Below, piece after piece: positions 56,327 through 64,000 of a stretch of DNA of 64,000 bases (positions are counted from its first letter, which is position 1; the number at the start of each line of letters is the position of its first letter). The translations under genes and the position numbers were made by a program. The notes under the pieces were generated by a model. It was not told where the DNA came from. It searched no databases and saw nothing but the letters and a program-made list of their open reading frames with translations. The DNA is taken from NCBI GenBank assembly GCA_963693365.1, contig CAVNZM010000017.1, positions 2,035,027-2,099,026 of the forward strand, read 5' to 3'. The stretch is from Amoebidium appalachense. Lineage: Eukaryota > Protista > Ichthyosporea.

Positions 56327-56946
56327 TTTTTGGACTACGCTTTGACGGAGACCGTCAACCTTTTAAGTGTAAGCCGCGAAAAACCAAACCCTAAACGTCG
56401 TCCTATGCTGGCATTGAGAAATGAAGAAATGTTACGAAATATAACTACCGTAAAAACTGGATGGAGAAACCAAGGGGACGAAGCCCACTTCTAGTATGAG
56501 TCCTACACGCCAAAGGGTGAAAGACGGCTAAAAAAAACGTTACGTTTTACTGATATCTAACACATATGGGTGTATTTCTCAAACTACACGAGAGAGAGAC
56601 AACCCACCCACACGTACGCTGGGGTACTAACAGTAGCGGGAGTGAGTGTTTCGGGCGCCCAAGCTGCCTTCAGTCCTGTTTCGGAACGAGAAAACCGTAA
56701 GGAATGCTATTGGAGTTGCCAAAAATAAATTACGGGAAATAGAAATAGTATTCGGGATGAATGATATGGGCACTGAAACGTTTTTGAAATTTGCAACATG
56801 AGCCCACTTGGCGCTTGATGAAATAACCCAAATATTGTAGTTGCAAGATTTGTGTTAAAATAAGTCGGTTATTATCGGCTATCCAGATTGGGCTTCACAT
56901 GAATCACAATCATGGCATGTAGCCAATCGCCATCTGTATGTAACTA

Positions 56947-57042
56947 TTTTTTCTTTTGACTGGATTTATTCGACGGAAAGATATGCAAGTATGCACGGCA
57001 TACTGAGAAGACAATAAAAACTTCACGAGTTATCCAGTAACA
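56947..57042 (-). mobile_element. 5'-truncated LINE 3'-end copy with AATAAA and A-rich tail
   Basis: Nearly identical to 61640-61733; the minus strand ends ...cgaataaatccagtcaaaagaaaaaa. Confidence 0.8.
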
Positions 57043-57444
57043 ACATACTCTTAAATATATTTTGCCCGAGAATCGTTACAGCCCTGCATTTTCAAGCGCT
57101 GTAGGTCAGCTATTTTGCCCGAGAATAGTTACAGCCCTGGTGTAAATTCCATCTGCTGAATAAGAGCGTCCTTTCAAAAAAAGAAGAAGCACGAGACAAA
57201 ATCAAGCTTTTCAATGAATTCACGATCGCAAACGCCTTACCACAATCATGTAATATTCTGCTCTTAAAACTCTTCAAAACAAACTTCTGTCGATGAATTA
57301 GAACTTCCTTGATATGTCTCTGATATAAAGTGCCCGTCCTGATTGGTCGTAAATAAACTGCATTCCATACCATAAGCACAGTGTCCCGACATGCACATGC
57401 CGACACTTTTATACTATTTTCGCTTAGTATATCTAAATTGCTTC

Positions 57445-57958
57445 CCCGTTTTCTCGCTCTGAGAAAGAAATTAATGGTAAATTCAGCCTGTATGTGTTAT
57501 GTTCCAACACCGTACTGATCATTATCACTCTTTGGGAGCTTTGGCAGGATACATTTCTCCTGCTGTGCGTATGGATACCACCCTAGTAAATAAGTCTCTG
57601 ATGTTGATATTGCATGGGATGTTGTGCAGTGGCGGTGTAATTCTTGTTTTTATCGCCGTTGGTGCCACTTTTGTGCTGAACTTTTTAATCGAGGCATGTT
57701 GATAGACATGAGTTTTTACGTCGTGCCTCTTTCCCTACGGGTGTCTGCTACACTGGCTGGCAATGTGAACAATTCAGACTTTTTGTTGAATTCTGTTGGT
57801 CGTCACATTGAGTTTCTATATGATTTTCACACAGTGTTCAGGTATCTCAGTATATGCCAGTTGTTACTGGATAACTCGTGTTATCAGCCATTATAAAAAT
57901 AGTTTTCATTGCCTCCTCTGTCCTAAGTATGCCGTGCATACTTGCATTTCTTTCCGTT
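57445..57958 (+). mobile_element. Diverged LINE 3' fragment (ORF2 C-terminal zinc-knuckle region), left half of an interrupted copy
   Basis: Reverse-complement match to ~61663-62165; translates DIAWDVVQWRCNSCFYRRWCHFCAELFNR; stops at ...ctttccgtt, and its expected continuation gaataaatccag appears at 61419. Confidence 0.8.
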
Positions 57959-58472
57959 ATGGCTTGGCGGTGTAATCGGTTTCTGGTGTCTCCTGCTCGT
58001 ATGTGTAATATTTGTGGGGGGCGGTTTACTCGCGGCTGCATATCTATCAATAAATGCAACCTGTTAGCTAATGTATTAGAACCGGAGGTTATTGGCGGTT
58101 TTATTCTCTTTTCTTCCTCTCTTCCTCAATATTGATGCATCCGAAATGTACTCTGATCGGAGAACTTAGCGGCCATAAGTACTCTGACCGCAGTACTTTA
58201 GGAATGCTTGTTTCGGAAGGATACCGCGAGCTATTGGGGCCCAGGAGCCCGCTTTTTTTTGTACAGCCAGTAAGAAAACATAAGTTTACACCTTTTTTGT
58301 CTTTGGTACGGTAACTAACAAGGCCTTCCCTAGCTTTTATTGGTTGCCGACGCTGTTGCAAGTTTTTGAATTCATGCTCGACAACAACATGATTCATGAT
58401 CAAACGGACGAAACTTGCTGAGTCCGCGAACACAACAAGCCATGGGTTTCATGTGAAAGATGAGCGCCCAAC

Positions 58473-60506
58473 ATGGCCAAAACATTAGACCCAATAGAGT
58501 CACTTTATTCTGGAGCTCGTGTCTGTTGTTTTGCATACATATTTGACGGGGTTCAGGGGGAAGATTTCACAGATGACACCACACGTTGGTCTTACAAGAA
58601 GTTCGGCCTGAGTTGGGACACACAAATACTGGTTGGCACAGTAGTGAAACGATGCAAGACAAACGAAGGCAGTGAATGGAAAGTAAAGTTTGATTTTGAC
58701 GGTACCACAGAAGTAGTTCTGCGCCATCAGCTAACTTTAATAGATGAAGAAGACAGTGAACACACAAGTAGCGAGCTAGAGAGTGATAGTGACGAAGATC
58801 CAGATGGAGACATCCAACAAGTAGAGATTCCTGTCACAGACAGTGAGAATGAAGATGAGATAGAACTTGTAGATGAACAAGTAGAGTTACCTACCCCCAC
58901 CGACCCCACGTGCACCTTGCAATGGACCATTCCAGATGAGCAAGTACTTGACAAAAGAACAGGCCCACGCAGAAAACCAACCATTCCACTAGCACTAAAC
59001 AAGCGCAAGAGTGTTCTGTGTTTGTTTGAACACTTCATGCCTATAGAGTATCTCTTCACAGCAGTCATTCCACTCACAAACGAAGTAGGTCGTGCACGTT
59101 ACAAAAATTGGGTTGACTTAACCCCGGGTGAGCTACTTAGGTGGTTGGGTATGTGGATTTACATGGCTGGAACATTCGAACCCGGCTCGAGATCGAACTA
59201 CTGGACGTCGGCAGCAGAGAACCCAAGCCACATATTTCCCGTACACGACTTTGCCCGCTTCATGACCGAACACCGGTTCGAAAACATCCGTGCCTGCTTT
59301 ACCGTCACCGACATCACTCAATATCCGGAGGATGATCCACTGAAAGACACACGCGGTTTCATGGAAGCACTGCAGAGTCGGTGCCGTTGCTCTATCGAGC
59401 CCGGGGATGAATTATGCGAAGACGAGGCCATCTTTGCCAGCTATCATTGCAACCTTCCGTGCCAAATCTATATAAAACGAAAACCCCACCCTCTCGGTCA
59501 AGAAATAAAAACTCTACACGACTGTGTAACCAACATACTCATTAACTTCGAAATGAACGAGGGGAAGCTTAGGATGGCAAGCAAACCGTACCGACAGTTG
59601 GGAGCTGGAACAGGCACCACCTTGCGTCTTCTAACCCCAAGGGCCAACCCCACCCACCGTAACCCCAGAACGATCGTCGGAGACAGCTGGTTTGGGTCAG
59701 TAACCGGGACAAGGGAAGTGTACAAAATCGGATTCTACGCACTTTTCAATGTCAAAACCGCAACCAGAGACTTTCCCCTCAACATGTTGGACCTTCTATG
59801 TGAGGAAGGACGTGGTGTATGGTCGGAGGCAGTGTGCAGTGTGGACGGAGTAGACCTCGTTGCGGTGTTATGGAGAAACAAGAACTACAGTATGAAAGTG
59901 ATCACCTCATGTTCAAGTACTCAGCCGGGTCAACCGAGAAAATCACGAAACGGAAATGACGTCCCCCAACCGAAAGCAGTCGAAGAATACTTCGAAAACT
60001 ACAACATGGCCGATATATTCAACAAAACACGAATGTTAAACGGCTCTGTGGACGAAGCCTTGGGCACTAAACGTCACCAACTCCGCACCTTTGGGGGGCT
60101 TCTGGGGTTTGTAGTAGCAAACGTACACTTTGCATACAGATACTTTGGCAAATCCACAAACACGAGCATGGACACAAGGCGTGAGCTAGCAGAAGCACTC
60201 ATATGCAACCCCCACCTGCCTGCACTAGAATACCCCCTTCCCCCTGCTGCTCCTGCCCCCCATGCTCTACACGGACACCAGCGTGCCAGAAAAGAAAGAA
60301 AAGGTAGATGCGTTCTCTGCTTTAGGAACAAAGGGGAACGCCACCAGACACATACCTACTGCATCAAGTGTAATGTGTTTCTCTGCAATGATCAAACACG
60401 TGCATGCTTCGAAAACCACATCACACATGGTGTTCCTCCACGCACACGCACCCAAGTCAACACAAACACAGGCCCGGTACGATCACGCAGAAACACTACA
60501 CGTTAA
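58473..60506 (+). mobile_element. piggyBac-superfamily (DDE_Tnp_1_7-type) transposase, intact 677-aa ORF
   Basis: Uninterrupted ORF; ELLRWLG, YW, MTEHRFENIRACF, catalytic-type CEDEAI, KRKPHPLG, GDSWFGS, YFENYNMADIFNK; C-terminal Cys-rich GRCVLC...THTYCIKCNVFLC...CFENH. Confidence 0.92.
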
Positions 60507-61418
60507 AGTACCTTCTGCCCACTGGTCAGTTTCTGTACATTGCGCAACACTCATTTGTCGTTTTCGGATTAGGGGTGATTTGTTTGGTTTTTATTCGTTT
60601 CTTCGAAACTGTTTGTGGTAACTAGATGCTAAAAGGGTTATTTGAAGTGTGTGTACCGAAAAAAACGAATTTGAAAGCTGATGTCAATGTTTCTCAAACG
60701 AAAAAATGCACCTGTGGTGCAAAAGCAACAACGTGAACGTTTAAAGTATGCATCTTTGGCACGCATTTGTAACAAGTTTGACGTTTTTCTTGGCTCAGGC
60801 CTATGGCCTCCCGGTGCCAGAACCCGTAAAGTGCAAAATAAGCCATACCAACAAGCATTCCGAGAAATTATTGTAGTCATGGGGTGCGCAAACACTACAA
60901 AGTTCTCCGTAAATTGAAGCTCAAAATCGTTGAATGCCTACCATTACTTACTAAGCCACTACCCCGCCAAGAATTTTTCTACGGTTTTTTTGTGATGTGC
61001 TTGTTCCCTGTCACGTTAGGGTAAAATGGTGAGAAAAAGAGAGTAACACGTGCAAAACTGACCCTGCGCCAGGCGTTTTTATATGATGACGTCATACAGT
61101 ACTCTGGTTGGAGCATTTATCGATTCAGGTCGGATATATATCCGTCTTAAGATGACTATCCTAGATCACCTTATTAATGCTGCACAGTATGATATTGTGA
61201 TCCGGTGCCTTAACTTTCTTTCGGAGCTACCGATGCTAGCATCTGCTTACCCATAATATGTAATAGGGGTGTCAGATACTACGATGGCGCTCATTGTTGC
61301 CTAGCATGTACATATGTCACTGGCTGCATTTGATTGGCTGTGCTGGAAAACGCAGTAGGCCGTCGAATGTGGCTGGGCTCCGGCAGTGTCCATGCATTAA
61401 AAAGTGTGTAAACCCCTT

Positions 61419-61448
61419 GAATAAATCCAGCCAAAAGAAAAGAAAAAA
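61419..61448 (+). mobile_element. LINE AATAAA plus A-rich tail, right half of the interrupted copy
   Basis: gaataaatccagccaaaagaaaagaaaaaa directly continues the sequence that stops at 57958. Confidence 0.65.
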
Positions 61449-61485
61449 AGTTTTCAATTCCCCAGGATCCCCACCGTATATGTGT

Positions 61486-61614
61486 CGACGGAAAGATATG
61501 CAAGTATGCACGGCATACTGAGAAGACAATAAAAACTTCACGAGTTATCCAGTAACAAGTGCATACTGAGATACCTGAACACTGTGTGAAAATCATATAA
61601 ATACTCAATGTGAC
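61486..61614 (-). repeat. Partial tandem duplicate of the LINE 3' region
   Basis: Near-identical to 61661-61789. Confidence 0.85.
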
Positions 61615-61631
61615 CAGTCTCAGGTATGGGG

Positions 61632-63480
61632 TTTTTTTGTTTTCTTTTGACTGGATTTATTCGACGGAAAGATATGCAAGGATGCACGGCATACTGAGAA
61701 GACAATAAAAACTTCACGAGTTATCCAGTAACAAGTGCATACTGAGATACCTGAACACTGTGTGAAAATCATATAAATACTCAATGTGACGACCAACAGA
61801 ATTCAACAAAAAATCTTAAGTGTTCACATTGCCAGCTAGTGTAGCAGATACCCGGAGGGAAAGAGGTAAAACGCGACATAAAAATTCACACCTATCAACA
61901 TGCTTGCGATTAAAAAGGTCAGCACAAAAGTGGCACCAGCGGCGATGAAAACAAGAATTACAGCGCCACTGCACAACTTCCCAGGCAATATCAACATCAG
62001 AGCACCATACAGACTTATCTACTAGGGTGGTATCCATACGTACAGCAGGAGAAATGTATCCTGCCAAAGCTCCCAAAAAGCGATAATGATCAGTACGGTG
62101 TTGCCTAAGGAACATAACACATGCCGACTGAGTTTTACCTTTGATTTCTCTATCAGAACGAGAAAGAAACTTATACTGCGTATGGTAATAACGCGAAAAG
62201 GCAGAAAAAACAGGAAGAGAAAAGAAAGACTCTCGGAGGGAGTGAGATAGCGAGAGGAAGAATCAGGTGGAAAGAGGGTAGGCTGAGGACATTCAGAAGT
62301 AGCGTTGGTGAATCGGGGGGGAAGAGGGATGGAGGGAGGGGGGGGAAAGAAAGCATAAAGAGGGTGACCATCAGGTAGCCTAACTAAATGAAAACAAAAA
62401 CAAAGAGACAATTCCTCCATACGACAAACAGCAGACGACAATCCAAACATACTGATTAAGGGAGGCACAAACCGAGTACGAAACAAAGTGCGTAGCGCAG
62501 TACCCTGAAAATCGTCGAACTCGTTCAGCGCCATTGCCGCCTCGCGAGGTGGGGCGCAGGCCAATAGCGGAAGTCCATATTCGAAAGTTGGCCGTAAAAA
62601 AGTTTTATAGTAGAGAAGAAGGTTCGCAGGATGGATCACAGACTCCTGTTGAAACATATTTGACACGATGTGAAGCTTACCCTTCGCACGAGCGATCCGT
62701 GCCGTGAGGAGCTTGCGGAAATCAATACCCCGTGCAGTAAAAGGAATACCCAAATAGTCATAGGTGCTCTGAACAGGAATAGGGAGGCCGGCCAATCGAC
62801 AGGAAGTGTTCTTCGAAAAAGTAGCACACTTTGCAATTCCGACTGTCATGAGATTCTCGGTGCACCATTGATCCACCTGACGAAGCATCTGGTGCATGAC
62901 ATCTTCGGTTAAGGAACAAAGAACAATATCGTCCGCAAAAAGGAGACCCGGTACACGGCGGGTATGCAGTTGGCCAAAGGGTTCGAGGGCGCAGGCTAAA
63001 TCGTCAATGAAAACGTCAAACAACAACGGACTCAGGAGGGACCCCTGCAGAAGACCCCGGGAACGGGAAAAACCGGGTGTTAAATTCCATTGACTGCCGC
63101 TCGTCCGCGAGTGGTATCGAACAACGCTTGCAGAAGATGGCCAAAGGGGGCTGGTAAGCCCCGCATAGCCAGCTTATGCCATAACAAACCAGTGGGTACG
63201 GTGTCGTAGGCGTTCTTAAGGTCGATGAAGACAACGTGTGGAGAGCCAGAAGTAATGGATTCATGGAGTAACAGACTGTGAGTATAACACGAATATGCAT
63301 GACGAAAGCCCCCTTGAAGGGAAGAAAGACGGAACACGGCGTTTAAAGAATCGTCGGTGTTAAACGCGCGAAGCATGCAACCCTCGAAGAGCCGATGAAA
63401 AACGTTGGTAAGTGTGACGGGACGAAAGTCGTTAATGACCCCCAGGGCCTGCGATACCTTCTTACGAACGGGCGTACCTC
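61632..63480 (-). mobile_element. Non-LTR retrotransposon (LINE) ORF2 remnant: reverse transcriptase, C-terminal CCHC knuckle and 3' tail; frameshifted, 5'-truncated
   Basis: Motifs spread across frames: NDFRPVTLTNVFHRLFE, LQGGFR, VVFIDLKNAYDTVP, RGLLQGSLLSPLLFDVFIDDL, GLLFADDIVL, YDYLGIPF, YKTFLRPTFEYGL, CHFCADLFNRKHVDRC; AATAAA plus A-rich end near 61635-60; frameshift near 63080. Confidence 0.9.
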
Positions 63481-63702
63481 GCGTTTGAATACATAGGCGG
63501 GGCCGGACAAGTGATCAGATTTATAATATAGAGTAAATCGATCGTAGGTATATTGTCCAATAGCGCTTGTTGAATAATTTGGTGTCAGCGCACCCGGCGA
63601 GCCAGACGAGTAGTGCGATTGGCTTCTAATCATGTCGCGTGTTAGGCGCCCCATCGGCCAGCTCGTTTCGCATGTCAGAGGGCCTTCCGACTTCGAACTT
63701 AG

Positions 63703-64000
63703 GAAGAGTCAACGTACGTTGCCGATGATAGCTATAGCGACCGTTCTTACCTCCGTTACATGGCCGCCAAGCACCACCTCGGCCTCCCCACGGACAAAGA
63801 CGTACTTTGGACTCAGCACATCACTCGCCTCAGCACCCGATACCCGTGGGCCCAGATCCACAACTATGACGTATACGCCCGCACCGTTGCCCACCAGCAG
63901 GGTCGGGCTCCGATCGAGTGTCCCAACCTGCTCGCCCAACTCCACCAGGATCTCCTCCTGCCACCCACTCTGCTCATCCCGGACGCGTGTCAGCGCTGTG
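63703..64000 (+). mobile_element. Possible DIRS/Ngaro-type retrotransposon gag-like fragment (3'-partial)
   Basis: Open frame to the window end: YLRYMAAK...HITRLSTRYPWAQIHNYDVYARTVA...DACQRC, resembling the I..L...Y.W..V..YD..FR motif plus the start of a zinc knuckle; in-frame TAG immediately upstream. Confidence 0.45.

Noticed and set aside
58101-60917. Small ORFs flanking the transposase (58101-58433 minus; 60681-60917 plus) as accessory genes
   Set aside because: Short and without recognisable motifs; cannot be supported without comparing other copies.
57445-62165. ~500-bp inverted repeats flanking the transposase read as its TIRs
   Set aside because: They encode the LINE C-terminal zinc knuckle and tail, one is continuous with the RT, and they are diverged with indels; they are two LINE copies in opposite orientation.

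Overview
Eukaryotic, intron-rich genomic DNA full of (CA)n/(GA)n microsatellites and long poly-C/poly-G runs; most ORF-track entries are translations of these repeats. The organism is probably a unicellular opisthokont-like protist (inference only). Joining exons by GT-AG sites and codon phase gives five host genes. (1) The 3' end of a YccV/HspQ-domain protein preceded by a thioredoxin-like tail (+, <1-2782). (2) A pyruvate formate-lyase with a mitochondrial-type presequence, whose second intron splits the glycyl-radical motif (+, 7356-10355). (3) The copper chaperone SCO1 (-, 15809 to at least 21002). (4) An ARID + ARM-repeat SWI/SNF-type subunit (+, 23364-37796). (5) A 23-exon, ~2376-aa secreted mosaic protein (-, 39838-56326) with four copies of an unrecognised ~240-aa domain, mucin linkers, a Cna-B/SdrD-B-like domain, two degenerate F-type lectin domains, three PAN/Apple-like modules, twin RRRR sites, EGF repeats and an unrecognised C-terminal domain. 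The last 7 kb is a nested transposon cluster: several copies of a LINE 3' end, one apparently split by a ~3.46-kb insert carrying an intact piggyBac-type transposase without canonical TTAA/TIR ends, a frameshifted LINE RT and a possible DIRS/Ngaro gag fragment. A TTAA-flanked 469-bp foldback element lies in an ARID-gene intron. All calls are from manual reading; no searches were run.
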